From a virus, in IMG/VR virus record IMGVR_UViG_3300030060_007423, positions 96,001-160,000 of that record: a DNA stretch of 64,000 bases; one strand, given 5' to 3'. Below the pieces are notes generated by a model. It worked only from the letters and a program-made list of their open reading frames with translations, ran no database searches and was not told where the DNA came from. The translations under genes and the position numbers were made by a program. Below, one piece after another: positions 1 through 10,116 of the stretch (within the stretch, counting starts at the first letter, position 1; each line of letters starts with the position of its first letter).

Positions 1-558
1 TACAGATGGTTTGAGAATGGCGACTATAATGTCAACATTGTTGGAATCAGAAATTCTGAAACGGGTAACACAGTTACAAACAAATTTGATGACAAAATAA
101 CAATATCATTCAAGTGCGATGGCGAATGGGAATTTTATTGTTATGATTGTACAACAGACCCAGGAACACATTGGGTAGAAAACATAATGAGAAAGGAAGG
201 AGTTGCTGTATTAAAACCAGGGCAATATCCAGGTTCTCATAAAATCAGATTACATCAGGGAAGATATGAAGCATTGGGACAAACAAAAAATGTCACAGTG
301 TATCGTGATAATAATCGTGATGACAAGTATGACTTAGATGACAATAATACACAAACAGGATTATTTGGAATCAACATTCACAGAGCTACAAAATGGGGTG
401 GAAGAAAATCTAGCCAAGTAGATAAGTGGAGTGCAGGTTGCCAAGTAATTGCTGCTAATGATGATTGGCATGAATTTTTAGATATATGTAGAGTTGCACG
501 TGACAAATGGAGCAATAGTTTTACATATACGTTAATTGAATCAAAAGACATAGTATAA
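1..558 (+). CDS. L,D-transpeptidase (YkuD)-like cell-wall enzyme, 5'-truncated by the window
   Basis: Frame 1 is open from base 1 (YRWFENGDYNVNIVGIRN...TTDPG). C-terminal GINIH...WSAGCQV matches the His...SxGC catalytic motif. Confidence 0.6.
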   Translation, partial: YRWFENGDYNVNIVGIRNSETGNTVTNKFDDKITISFKCDGEWEFYCYDCTTDPGTHWVENIMRKEGVAVLKPGQYPGSHKIRLHQGRYEALGQTKNVTVYRDNNRDDKYDLDDNNTQTGLFGINIHRATKWGGRKSSQVDKWSAGCQVIAANDDWHEFLDICRVARDKWSNSFTYTLIESKDIV

Positions 559-905
559 TGAAATTACAAGATATACTTACAGAAAAGAACAAGGGACTCT
601 GGGCAAACATCCATGCTAAAAAGAAGCGTGGTGAAAAGTCAGACCCTCGTTCTAAATCTTACCAAGACGCAAAAAAAGCTGGTGAGAAACTTGCAAAACA
701 AAATGAAGAACTAACAGAAGCTGAAATGGACAAACAATTTGCAAAAGAATTTGAGTCCAACTGTAAAGCATTTATTAATCATATAAAACACGAACTAAAA
801 ACAGCTGAAAGTTCTGATGCGATGGTACTAAGAAAAATGCTAAAAGCTTTACTAGTAGTTTCAGGCTATCCAAAATTAATGTCTAGAATCGTAGGAGAGA
901 AATAA
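558..905 (+). CDS. Putative internal head/cargo protein
   Basis: N-terminus MKLQDILTE; basic GLWANIHAKKKRGEK module. Confidence 0.6.
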   Translation: MKLQDILTEKNKGLWANIHAKKKRGEKSDPRSKSYQDAKKAGEKLAKQNEELTEAEMDKQFAKEFESNCKAFINHIKHELKTAESSDAMVLRKMLKALLVVSGYPKLMSRIVGEK

Positions 906-1144
906 TGAAATTAAAAACAATAATATCACAAAAAGCTTTTGCACCTGAAAAGGAAACAAATGAAGCGGCACCTAAAATGAGAAAGAACCCAGAGGCTGAA
1001 AAAATTGACAAAATATATAAGGCAGCATACCTTCTAAAAAAAGGTGGTTCCGGTAATAGATACGCAAAAGAATTTGAAAAGGCTAAAAAGAAAGCACTTA
1101 AAGCTTTAGCAGAAATGCACCAATACGCTAAGATAGGGGTATAA
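905..1144 (+). CDS. Small basic protein, putative head cargo
   Basis: MKLKTII start; AGGAG upstream; translational coupling. Confidence 0.55.
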   Translation: MKLKTIISQKAFAPEKETNEAAPKMRKNPEAEKIDKIYKAAYLLKKGGSGNRYAKEFEKAKKKALKALAEMHQYAKIGV

Positions 1145-1146
1145 TC

Positions 1147-1623
1147 ATGAAATTGAAAAACATTATAAATGAAATTTCTACAAAGGCTGGACTTAATGAT
1201 GTAATCAAAGGAAGAACAACTTCTATTGAAGGAATTAAAATGTCAAAAGAAATGGCAGAAAATTTAATGTATTGGATTACAACTTCTCCTTATGGTAGAA
1301 AATATGGTAAGCATATCTTAAAGGGTAGAATTGCTTCATTGATTGGACCAGCTAATGCAATGGGATTTGGTGATAGACTTAAAGGAAAATTAAAAGGCGA
1401 ATGGAAAGCTATTGTTGCAAAGCATGGACCTAAGAGAGAATCTGTTAATGAAAGATTAAGTCTTGCAAATGCAAAAAGAATGGATGGACTTCATAATATG
1501 AAAGCAATGAAACAAGTCATTATTGGTGCAAAGGTAATACAGAAAGATTTGTATGATGAAGGATTTGAAAATGATGAAATTCTAGAATTTTTAATGGATA
1601 GAATTAGACGAGCTGCATTTTAA
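1147..1623 (+). CDS. Putative internal head/cargo protein
   Basis: MKLKNIINE start; internal ESVNE linker. Confidence 0.6.
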   Translation: MKLKNIINEISTKAGLNDVIKGRTTSIEGIKMSKEMAENLMYWITTSPYGRKYGKHILKGRIASLIGPANAMGFGDRLKGKLKGEWKAIVAKHGPKRESVNERLSLANAKRMDGLHNMKAMKQVIIGAKVIQKDLYDEGFENDEILEFLMDRIRRAAF

Positions 1624-2012
1624 TGGATAAGTATATCTACAGGGCAAAATTAGATAGGGTAGTTGATGGTGATACTATTGATGCTCTTATCGATGTAGGT
1701 TTTGATATATGGGTTAAGAAAAGAATCAGATATATGGGAATTGATACTTGGGAAAGTAGAACTCGAGACCTGGATGAAAAGAAAAAAGGATTAGCTGCAA
1801 AGGCTAGAAATAAACAACTATTAGATGAAGTATCCAGTAAGCCTGGATACTTTAGATTAAAATCTTACGGAGTTGGTAAATATGGTAGAGTACTTGGTGA
1901 GATTTTTATAATGGACAGTGAAGGTAAGCAATATAATATAAATGAACAACTTAAAGCCGAGGGACATGCTTACGAGTATCACGGCGGCAAAAAACAAGTA
2001 TTCAAAGGATAA
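1623..2012 (+). CDS. SNase/thermonuclease-family nuclease
   Basis: VVDGDT, RxRxxGIDTxE and KYGRVLG motifs. Confidence 0.85.
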   Translation: MDKYIYRAKLDRVVDGDTIDALIDVGFDIWVKKRIRYMGIDTWESRTRDLDEKKKGLAAKARNKQLLDEVSSKPGYFRLKSYGVGKYGRVLGEIFIMDSEGKQYNINEQLKAEGHAYEYHGGKKQVFKG

Positions 2013-2017
2013 AAGAA

Positions 2018-2332
2018 ATGGCAAAAAAAGTAAAAAAGGCTGTAAAGAAAACAGCAAAGAAAGTTGTAAAAAAAGTTTTAGATTCAACAACTATCGATGA
2101 AAAAATTATTGAAAACATAGACAAGAATAGAAGTCTATATAATTTAATCTTATGTTACATTAAATGTTATGGTGGCTATTTATTGGCAGTAGGTGCTGGA
2201 TGTACTTATGGTGCAAACATTTGGTGGGGATTAGCATTAACCGTTGGTGCAGGTGCATGGGCATATTGGCAAGTATGTAAATGTAAAGCTTGTAAAACAA
2301 ATATGCCAGGTGGTACTTGTTGTAATGAATAA
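2018..2332 (+). CDS. Membrane protein with basic N-terminus and Cys-rich tail
   Basis: Hydrophobic segments; CKCKAC...CC C-terminus. Confidence 0.55.
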   Translation: MAKKVKKAVKKTAKKVVKKVLDSTTIDEKIIENIDKNRSLYNLILCYIKCYGGYLLAVGAGCTYGANIWWGLALTVGAGAWAYWQVCKCKACKTNMPGGTCCNE

Positions 2333-2564
2333 GTTAGTATTAATATTTATGATACTGACATTGAGTTCATGTATGGTATCACAGAAAGCATACGATACAA
2401 AATGTGCAGAATATGATGCACAAATAGTTGAGCTTGAAAGTAAAGCTCGTGGCATGGAAATGAAAGAACAACTTTTAAGAGAAAAATTGCATAATGTAAT
2501 TACAGAACTTAAAAAATTAAAAGATCCAAACAACCAGCCACCACACGACCCAGCAAACGACTAG
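2325..2564 (+). CDS. Lipoprotein with coiled coil
   Basis: Start re-set to MNKLVLIFMILTLSSC (lipobox LSSC). Confidence 0.65.
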   Translation: MNKLVLIFMILTLSSCMVSQKAYDTKCAEYDAQIVELESKARGMEMKEQLLREKLHNVITELKKLKDPNNQPPHDPAND

Positions 2565-2573
2565 GAGAAAAAA

Positions 2574-2879
2574 ATGATTAAATTGTCTAAAATATTAAAT
2601 GAAGATGGCTATAAAGGATTATTAGATGATATTCCTGGAGCAAAAGTATACACTGCATCTGGTGGTGGAACTGCTGAAACACAATCAACCAAAAAGATTT
2701 GGGATGATGGAACACCTGTTCTTAAGTATATTGCAAGAGCACCTAAAAAGACAATTAAGTTACCTAGAAAGTTTAAGGTTGTTGATGATACAAAATATGG
2801 CTGGTGGTACTTTCAGATTGGAAATGTTTGGCATGGAATTGACAAAGACAAATACGGAACACCACCGTTTGAATATTAA
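2574..2879 (+). CDS. Putative internal head/cargo protein
   Basis: MIKLSKILNE; AGGAG SD. Confidence 0.6.
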   Translation: MIKLSKILNEDGYKGLLDDIPGAKVYTASGGGTAETQSTKKIWDDGTPVLKYIARAPKKTIKLPRKFKVVDDTKYGWWYFQIGNVWHGIDKDKYGTPPFEY

Positions 2880-2895
2880 ATAAAGGAGAATTGTT

Positions 2896-3045
2896 ATGAT
2901 AAATTGGATAAACGGCTTTGATGCCGGAAATAAAAAAGAAAAGTACTACATTGAATTTAGAGTAGGTACTTTTACAGTATTAGAAATGAAGTGGGAATCT
3001 AAGAAATTTAGATTTATGATATTTAATTTGGGATTTGAAATATGA
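2896..3045 (+). CDS. Small hypothetical protein (49 aa)
   Basis: AAGGAG SD; MINWINGF...LGFEI; overlaps next start. Confidence 0.55.
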   Translation: MINWINGFDAGNKKEKYYIEFRVGTFTVLEMKWESKKFRFMIFNLGFEI

Positions 3046-6000
3046 AAAAGTTATTATTTTTATTGCTATTATTACCATCGGTTATATTAGCACAAAACAG
3101 TTGGATAAACATACAATTATTAACAGATGACTATCCAGAAGAAACTTCTTGGACTATAACACCTCCAGGTGGTTCTCCAATTATTGCTCAGTCTGATTCT
3201 ATAATGACAGACTTAACATTATATGATACAACAATTGCTGTAGGTGGAACTATAGTTGTTAATTTATACGACGAGTATGGAGATGGTTTAGGTGGATTTA
3301 ATGGTTCACCAGAAGGTTGGTTTTTAATTCAAAATGATTGTCAAGATACATTATTATATGTGGCAGGAGATTTTGGAGCTTTATATACTGACACTTTAAC
3401 AATAGCACCTTGTGCACCTCCAGTATCTGGATGTACTGATGTAAATGCTACCAATTATGATTCACTCGCCACAGCCGATGATGGTTCTTGTACCTATCCT
3501 CCATGTGGCGGTTTAGTTTTTAGTAATGCATATCAACAATGTCAACCAAATGGTCAAGCATTGGCTATATTTGAATGGGAAACAGATGCATACAATCCAA
3601 CTTGTGAAGTAGTCAAAGTATGGATTAGCAATGAAAACGGTTTAGGACCATTACAGTTTCCAGGTTCATGGCCATCAGGAGGACCTCATAACTTTGCATT
3701 TAATGCAGGTCCAGGACAAATGCCACCAAATTGGTCAGAAGAGTTTTATTGTCAAGTAGAATTTGCAGATGGTTCATTATCAGATACTATTGCATACACA
3801 CCAACACCATGTATTCCAGGTTGTACTGACCCAACACAAATAGCATATAATCCTTGGGCTACAATAGATGATGGTTCATGTAGTGGAACAACTTGTGACA
3901 CAAATACACAATATCAAATATCCATTTCAATAACATTAGATAATTGGCCAGGTGAAACAAGCTGGCAATTTGTTGATGGTTTAGGTAATACATTTGACTA
4001 TCCAGTAGGAACATATGATTTTAATGATATAGGACAAACTTATACTTACGCATTCTGTGTAGACCAAAATGCAGCTTTTGAAATGATTATCAATGATGAT
4101 TATGGTGATGGTATGGCTGGTTCAACATCAGGTGGAACAATGGATGGTGAAATTTTTATATATGATTGTTCAGGAGATACTATTTGGTATATGGACAATC
4201 CTGGTTTTGGAACTGTATTATATTCAGGTCCACAAACAGCAACACCTTGTCCTACTATTCCAGTAATAGACGGATGTACAGATGATGATTATGTTGAGTT
4301 TAATCCTCAAGCAAATAATGATGATGGTAGTTGCTTAACATTACATACTTACGGTTGTACAGACCCAGCAGCGTTTAACTATGATCCTTCAGCAACTATG
4401 ATGGACTTAACACCAGATTGTAATTACGAACTATGGATTGGAGATGCTGGCGGTGATGGTTGGGGTAATTCATTTATAGGTGTATATCAAAATGGTATTA
4501 ATCTTGGAACATATACAATGGGACCAGGTAATTATCAACAAACCTTTAATGTAATTTTAGACCCAGGAGTTCCAGTAGAAGTATTTTATTTTGAAGTAGG
4601 TGGACCACAACAACCACCAGAAGAGGTACAATTTCAAACTTGGCATAATTCATTTAAGTTAACAAATGCAGATGGTGTTGAACTAATGTATGAAGGACAG
4701 AATCCATTTGCAAATAATGGTCAAGGAGCACTTCAAGGATTTGGAGCACCATTCTTTACAAAATATGTAGCAGTTCCATTTTGTGGAAATACTTGTATTC
4801 CAACAGTATTGGGTTGTATGGACTCATTATCTGTAAACTTTGACCCAAATGCAAATGTAGATGATGGTTCTTGTATTCCTGAAATTTTAGGATGTACTAA
4901 CCTTTTAGCATTTAACTATGACCCAAATGCAACTTTGGATGATGGTTCATGTATTCCAGTTGTAAATGGATGTATGGATTCATTGGCATATAATTTTAAT
5001 CCTTTAGCTAATACACCAGATGGAAGTTGTGTATTTTTAGGATGTACAGATAATTTAGCTTGTAATTATGATGCAATTGCAAATGTAGATAATGGAGGTT
5101 GTACTTACCCAGCTCAATATTACGATTGTTATGGAGCATGTATAAATGATACTGATGGTGATGGTGTTTGTGATGAGTTGGAAGTTTTAGGATGTACGGA
5201 TCCATTATCAACTAATTTTAATCCTGCAGCTACAGATGACGATGGTACTTGTATACCAATTATTTATGGATGTACTGACCCAACAATGTATAACTATAGT
5301 GTAACTGCTAATACAGATGATGGTAGTTGTGTACCGTACATTTATGGATGTACTGACCCAACAATGTTTAATTATGATGTAACTGCAAACACTGACGATG
5401 GTACATGTATACCTATTGTTATTGGTTGTATGGATGTAACTATGTGGAACTATGATCCTTTAGCTAACACATCATCAGGAAATTGTATTCCATTCATATA
5501 TGGTTGTATGGACCCAACGATGTTTAATTATGATCCGTTGGCGAATACAGATAATGGTACATGTGAGCCATTTGTTTATGGATGTACTGACCAAACTGCA
5601 CTTAACTTTAACCCATTAGCAAATACTTTAGATAATAGTTGTTGTTATATTGCAGGATGTACTGACGCATCAGCACTTAATTATGATCCAGACGCATGTT
5701 ATGATGACAATTCATGTATAACAATTGTAACAGGTTGTACTGATGTAACGGCTTACAACTATAACCCAGCTGCAAATGTTTCAGATTCAAGTTGTTTATA
5801 TGATGCAGGTTGTTATGGTGGACCAGGAGTTCCATATTGGTTGAATGATGGATGTTATGCTTGGGTAATTGATGTTGATGATTATTGTTGTACAAATGAT
5901 TGGGATGTAAACTGTCAATCAATGTATGATTATTGTGAACAAGGTTGGCCAGTGTCAACTGAAGAATTATCTGGTTCAGGTACAATATTGGTATATCCAA

Positions 6001-6191
6001 ACCCAACGCCAGATGTATTAAATATTGATACACGATTAGATGTTGAAGTTGAATTATATGATATGATGGGAAGAAAACTTATCGTAACAACTGATAAGAG
6101 AATAGACATATCTAAATTTGATTCTGGAGTATACAACATGATAATTATATACGACAACCTTAGATTTAGTAAAAGGGTAATAAAACAGTAA
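3042..6191 (+). CDS. Secreted Cys-rich repeat protein with T9SS type A C-terminal sorting domain
   Basis: Signal peptide; about 16 GC[TM]D..AxNYDPxANxDDGSC repeats; C-terminal VYPNP...YDMMGR...SGVY...KRVIKQ. Confidence 0.85.
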   Translation: MKKLLFLLLLLPSVILAQNSWINIQLLTDDYPEETSWTITPPGGSPIIAQSDSIMTDLTLYDTTIAVGGTIVVNLYDEYGDGLGGFNGSPEGWFLIQNDCQDTLLYVAGDFGALYTDTLTIAPCAPPVSGCTDVNATNYDSLATADDGSCTYPPCGGLVFSNAYQQCQPNGQALAIFEWETDAYNPTCEVVKVWISNENGLGPLQFPGSWPSGGPHNFAFNAGPGQMPPNWSEEFYCQVEFADGSLSDTIAYTPTPCIPGCTDPTQIAYNPWATIDDGSCSGTTCDTNTQYQISISITLDNWPGETSWQFVDGLGNTFDYPVGTYDFNDIGQTYTYAFCVDQNAAFEMIINDDYGDGMAGSTSGGTMDGEIFIYDCSGDTIWYMDNPGFGTVLYSGPQTATPCPTIPVIDGCTDDDYVEFNPQANNDDGSCLTLHTYGCTDPAAFNYDPSATMMDLTPDCNYELWIGDAGGDGWGNSFIGVYQNGINLGTYTMGPGNYQQTFNVILDPGVPVEVFYFEVGGPQQPPEEVQFQTWHNSFKLTNADGVELMYEGQNPFANNGQGALQGFGAPFFTKYVAVPFCGNTCIPTVLGCMDSLSVNFDPNANVDDGSCIPEILGCTNLLAFNYDPNATLDDGSCIPVVNGCMDSLAYNFNPLANTPDGSCVFLGCTDNLACNYDAIANVDNGGCTYPAQYYDCYGACINDTDGDGVCDELEVLGCTDPLSTNFNPAATDDDGTCIPIIYGCTDPTMYNYSVTANTDDGSCVPYIYGCTDPTMFNYDVTANTDDGTCIPIVIGCMDVTMWNYDPLANTSSGNCIPFIYGCMDPTMFNYDPLANTDNGTCEPFVYGCTDQTALNFNPLANTLDNSCCYIAGCTDASALNYDPDACYDDNSCITIVTGCTDVTAYNYNPAANVSDSSCLYDAGCYGGPGVPYWLNDGCYAWVIDVDDYCCTNDWDVNCQSMYDYCEQGWPVSTEELSGSGTILVYPNPTPDVLNIDTRLDVEVELYDMMGRKLIVTTDKRIDISKFDSGVYNMIIIYDNLRFSKRVIKQ
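4810..5800 (+). repeat. Tandem ~26-aa GCTD-NY-DDGSC coding repeats
   Basis: Periodic GGATGTACTGAC/GGTTGTATGGA DNA units. Confidence 0.85.
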
Positions 6192-6601
6192 TGAAAAAAT
6201 TTATTAATTGGCATAAGCTTACTATAGGTAAATTACAAAATATCTTGAGAATAGATTCATATCAAACTTTATGGATAAGTTTTGTTAAGGGATTATTTAT
6301 AGGGTATTTACTATGTATGCTTACAAGTTGTGCACTAACATATGAAGCACCACATAAATGCGAATTAATGCTAAGAGGTGAACCTTGCTTAACCAGCCAT
6401 GTATGCTGTAATCCACCTCAGACATATCATTATGAAACATATCCAAATTACTATAATTGGTGGTGGCTAACACGACCAAAGCATACTACTAATTATGTAA
6501 TTGTAAAACCAAATAATAAACCTACATATAATGGTCATAGACCAAATTGGAATAATAAGCCTAATAATAAGCCTAATAAAAATAGGAGTAAAAGAAAATG
6601 A
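6191..6601 (+). CDS. Membrane or lipoprotein with NNKP-repeat tail
   Basis: Hydrophobic segment ending LTSC; AATAATAAGCCT tandem repeat. Confidence 0.55.
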   Translation: MKKFINWHKLTIGKLQNILRIDSYQTLWISFVKGLFIGYLLCMLTSCALTYEAPHKCELMLRGEPCLTSHVCCNPPQTYHYETYPNYYNWWWLTRPKHTTNYVIVKPNNKPTYNGHRPNWNNKPNNKPNKNRSKRK

Positions 6602-7677
6602 AAAAGTTACTAATCATACTATGTATGTTACCAGCATTTATGTTTGGTCAAGAAGTTAAAGACAACAAGTTTGAAAAAATACAGAAAAGTCTTAAAAAGA
6701 CATTTAAGTTTGCAACATTTTATGGAGCTGTGAACGGTGGTAATTCAGTATCAGATGTAGATGTATTTAGTGTTACAAACGGATTACAAACAAATACAAT
6801 CCAAACTCCTTTTGATTATTCACTTACAGCTGGTGTAAGAAAGATTGCTAGGTTAGGCTACGAAAATAGAGCTAACACATTTTATAATGGTACCGAGAAT
6901 AGTTTTAGTGATGCTGCAACAATTGGTAGGGTTAGTGGCTTTGAATTTCTATTTGAGGCTGACTACAGAAGACAACAAGGTCAAAACTTTTTAGACCAAA
7001 ACCACTTTTTAAGATATGTTGCAGATAGATATATTGTTAAAGTAGAGTATTTACAAGATGGTTTTGCTGATATACAATATTTTGAAGCTTCACAGAGATT
7101 TAGACAAAAAGTAGGAAACAAATTATCATTTAATATTGGTGCAGTACAAAGATTGTCTGAACCTTATGGATATGACCCATTAGAGGAATGGATGTTATCA
7201 AATGGTAATTTACATTATACATCCCTTGCTATTCAAGAAGGATATACAGTTCAATTTGATGGTCAAGGTGGTGAAACATATTATAACCCATCAGGACAAG
7301 TAGTTGCGGAAAATACACAAATATGGGAAGGTGTTGTTATACCTACTGTATTGTCAGATTATACAGAAAAGAAGAGAAATCAACTAGACCAAACATTCCA
7401 ATACTCAGTAGTTGTTGGTTTTGATTTCTATCATTTTACAAAAGAATTTTGGTTACATTCATGGGGTAATGTAATGCCATATCATTATGATGATGGTGGT
7501 GAATTTAGTTATCATGAATATAATGGTGGACAATGGGTAGACTATTCAGGTGGTCTTATATTTGGATATTATGTTATACCAAAAAAATTAGGGTTATTTG
7601 TTGAAGGAAAATACAATAAGTACTGGAATCGTAATTGGCATGATTTCAGCTTTGGACTTAACTACGTAATATTTTAG
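6598..7677 (+). CDS. Putative outer-membrane beta-barrel protein
   Basis: Signal peptide; alternating beta pattern; C-terminal FGLNYVIF (BAM-type signal). Confidence 0.7.
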   Translation: MKKLLIILCMLPAFMFGQEVKDNKFEKIQKSLKKTFKFATFYGAVNGGNSVSDVDVFSVTNGLQTNTIQTPFDYSLTAGVRKIARLGYENRANTFYNGTENSFSDAATIGRVSGFEFLFEADYRRQQGQNFLDQNHFLRYVADRYIVKVEYLQDGFADIQYFEASQRFRQKVGNKLSFNIGAVQRLSEPYGYDPLEEWMLSNGNLHYTSLAIQEGYTVQFDGQGGETYYNPSGQVVAENTQIWEGVVIPTVLSDYTEKKRNQLDQTFQYSVVVGFDFYHFTKEFWLHSWGNVMPYHYDDGGEFSYHEYNGGQWVDYSGGLIFGYYVIPKKLGLFVEGKYNKYWNRNWHDFSFGLNYVIF

Positions 7678-7687
7678 GAGTTTACAA

Positions 7688-7978
7688 ATGGCAAAGGAAT
7701 TAAATGAAGATTCAGGTTTTAAGGTTAGTATAAAAACTTTAATAGCAATTGGATTCGCAATGGCAACAATCATAGGGATGTGGTTTGCTCTTCAAGCAGA
7801 TATTGAAGAGGCAAAAGAATTACCAGTTCCACCACCACCTGATGTTACCAGGATGGAATTTGATATGAAAGATAAGAACATACGTCTAACTATCGAGAAT
7901 ACTCAAGAAGATGTTGAAGAAATAAAAGAAGATTTGGATAGGATTGAAGAAAAAATTGACGAATTAAACAGGAGATAA
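7688..7978 (+). CDS. Single-TM coiled-coil protein
   Basis: TM helix, PVPPPP linker, acidic coiled coil. Confidence 0.65.
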   Translation: MAKELNEDSGFKVSIKTLIAIGFAMATIIGMWFALQADIEEAKELPVPPPPDVTRMEFDMKDKNIRLTIENTQEDVEEIKEDLDRIEEKIDELNRR

Positions 7979-7981
7979 GTT

Positions 7982-8335
7982 ATGAAATTTATTAAATTGA
8001 TTATAGTTATGTTTATGATGTTACCACTTATTAGTTTTGGCCAAACGTTAAAGCTTGGTAGTGGTGTACAAGTAGTTCACTTCAACGCAAATTGGAATTC
8101 AGCAAATGATGTTAAGTGGGTTAAAGGTTTAAGTGACTGTAAAATAAAATCATGTGATATAGCTACAGATACTAAAGCACAAAATAAATGGGAAATAGTA
8201 GTTGTACCAACAATTATAATTTTTAATGATGGAGAAGAGGTTAAAAGATTTCAAGCAGATATATCTTTTGCCATGAAGGCAACCCAAGAGGAGGTTCAGG
8301 AAAAAATAGATGAAATATTAATGGAGGGATTCTAA
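7982..8335 (+). CDS. Exported thioredoxin-fold protein lacking CxxC
   Basis: Signal peptide; VHFNANWN in place of WCxxC; VVPTIIIFNDGEEV cis-Pro motif. Confidence 0.7.
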   Translation: MKFIKLIIVMFMMLPLISFGQTLKLGSGVQVVHFNANWNSANDVKWVKGLSDCKIKSCDIATDTKAQNKWEIVVVPTIIIFNDGEEVKRFQADISFAMKATQEEVQEKIDEILMEGF

Positions 8336-8556
8336 TGTGGAAATTATTCAAAGACGAAAATGATATAAACGAAAAAGCTATTGTTGGCTTTGCATCTTTT
8401 ATCTTAATGGTATTATTTGCAATTTGTGATTTAATTACTGGATGGTGTGGTATGGAACTTGTAATAAATGAAGTAATATATAATTCATTTGTTATTGTAA
8501 CATTAGGTAGCTTTGGTATAAGTTCAATAGAAAAAATCAAAGGCAATGGAAAGTAA
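8335..8556 (+). CDS. Two-TM small membrane protein (possible holin-like)
   Basis: Two hydrophobic helices; basic C-terminus. Confidence 0.5.
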   Translation: MWKLFKDENDINEKAIVGFASFILMVLFAICDLITGWCGMELVINEVIYNSFVIVTLGSFGISSIEKIKGNGK

Positions 8557-8942
8557 TGATTAAATTAACAGATATACTATTTGAGTATGTAACAAAGAGT
8601 GACATGCGTAGTATTGAAAACTATGCAGATAAACTTTTTGCAGCAGCAGGTATTGATGTTGATTTTACACGTCACTTTAGACAACGTGTTAATGATGAAA
8701 GAAATATAAAACCAATTACAGCAGCAGAACTAATAGGTGTATTTAAGAGGACATGGAAGAAGTACGGAAAAAAACTACCAGAATTAACGGCAAATGCTGA
8801 AGCTGTAATAAAAGACATGAGAAGTGATATAAATATGCCATTTGTATTTACACAAGATAAAGGTGGCGAATTGGATTTAATTGCTAAAACCATAATGAGA
8901 AAGAAAAACTTTCGAACAACAAATAAAGTATTGGATATATAA
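8556..8942 (+). CDS. Putative head cargo protein
   Basis: MIKLTDILFE; FTRHFRQRVND...KTIMRK. Confidence 0.6.
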   Translation: MIKLTDILFEYVTKSDMRSIENYADKLFAAAGIDVDFTRHFRQRVNDERNIKPITAAELIGVFKRTWKKYGKKLPELTANAEAVIKDMRSDINMPFVFTQDKGGELDLIAKTIMRKKNFRTTNKVLDI

Positions 8943-8944
8943 TT

Positions 8945-9418
8945 ATGACAAAATTTAATGACGCAAAATGGAGAAGAGAAATATTAGAAGGTAAGCACCA
9001 ATTAAACGAGTTTACTGAATATGGTTTTGACCCTAGAGAAATGCACCAGAGAAATTCTGAAAACCCACAAAAAGTTGTAAGTGCATTAAAGAAAGCAGGC
9101 TTTTCAAAAATAAACCTTGGTAAAGCTCAAAAACAAGTAAGAAGTTTGGATATGAATAAAACTCGAGGCGTTATGTTTGTTCATGTACAATATCACGTTA
9201 TTGAAGGAAAGGACGGAAAGAAATACTTTATACATCAATCACAATATCATCATAGAGATTTTGGAACAGGTGGTGTAAATCTAACAGCAGTGTATGTAGA
9301 GGAGAGACCTAACTATCCAGATAAAGGTGGTGAAAAAGAAATAGGAAGAGCAGTTTTTCTTAAAGATGATTTCTTAGACGGTTTGAAAAAAGTTAATGTA
9401 TTGAAACGGGCTTCATGA
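8945..9418 (+). CDS. Hypothetical protein (ILE/LNE sites)
   Basis: Long ORF in operon. Confidence 0.6.
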   Translation: MTKFNDAKWRREILEGKHQLNEFTEYGFDPREMHQRNSENPQKVVSALKKAGFSKINLGKAQKQVRSLDMNKTRGVMFVHVQYHVIEGKDGKKYFIHQSQYHHRDFGTGGVNLTAVYVEERPNYPDKGGEKEIGRAVFLKDDFLDGLKKVNVLKRAS

Positions 9419-10116
9419 TTAAACTTGTTGACATATTAACAGAAGGTGTATATGACCCAGGTATATTTAAGGCTGTGTTCACAGCTGGTGGACCTGGTAG
9501 TGGAAAGTCATATGTTGCATCTACATTATTTGGTATGCCAGAAAAAATGCCATTTGTTTCTGCAAAGGGACTAAAATCTGTTAATAGTGACAAGTACTTT
9601 GAAACATATTTGAAAATGAGTGGACTATCTCAAGATATTGCAAAGATGACACCAGCAGAATATGAACAAGCTATGGAAATAAGAAAGAAGAGTAAAAAAG
9701 TTAGAGATGCTGCTCTTAAGAATTATATAAATGGAAGACTTGGTTTGCTAATTGATGGAACTGGAAAAGATTATTCAAAAATAGCAAAACAAAAAAGTAG
9801 ATTGGAATCTGTTGGCTATGATTGTTTCATGGTGTTTGTAAATACAGATTTAGAAGTTGCACTTAAAAGAAACCAAAAACGTGAAAGAAAAGTACCAACT
9901 GATGTTGTAAAGAAAGGTTGGTCAGATGTACAAAGTAATGTTGGAAAGTTTCAAAGTTTATTTGGTGCAAGCAATATGTTAATTGTAGATAATAGTGAAT
10001 ATAAAGACTTTGGAAAAATTGTTAAGCGTGGTGCAAATTCATTTATTTCTAGACCTTTACAAAATCCAAAAGCAAAGGCATGGATTAAAAAAGAATTGGA
10101 GTTGAGAAAATCATGA
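9415..10116 (+). CDS. Zeta-toxin/AAA_33-like P-loop kinase, putative head cargo
   Basis: MIKLVDILTE; GGPGSGKS Walker A; LIDGT; RNxxRxR lid. Confidence 0.75.
   Translation: MIKLVDILTEGVYDPGIFKAVFTAGGPGSGKSYVASTLFGMPEKMPFVSAKGLKSVNSDKYFETYLKMSGLSQDIAKMTPAEYEQAMEIRKKSKKVRDAALKNYINGRLGLLIDGTGKDYSKIAKQKSRLESVGYDCFMVFVNTDLEVALKRNQKRERKVPTDVVKKGWSDVQSNVGKFQSLFGASNMLIVDNSEYKDFGKIVKRGANSFISRPLQNPKAKAWIKKELELRKS

Noticed and set aside
4810-5800. DGR template/variable repeat pair
   Set aside because: The repeats are in-frame protein repeats without adenine-specific variation, and there is no reverse transcriptase in the window.
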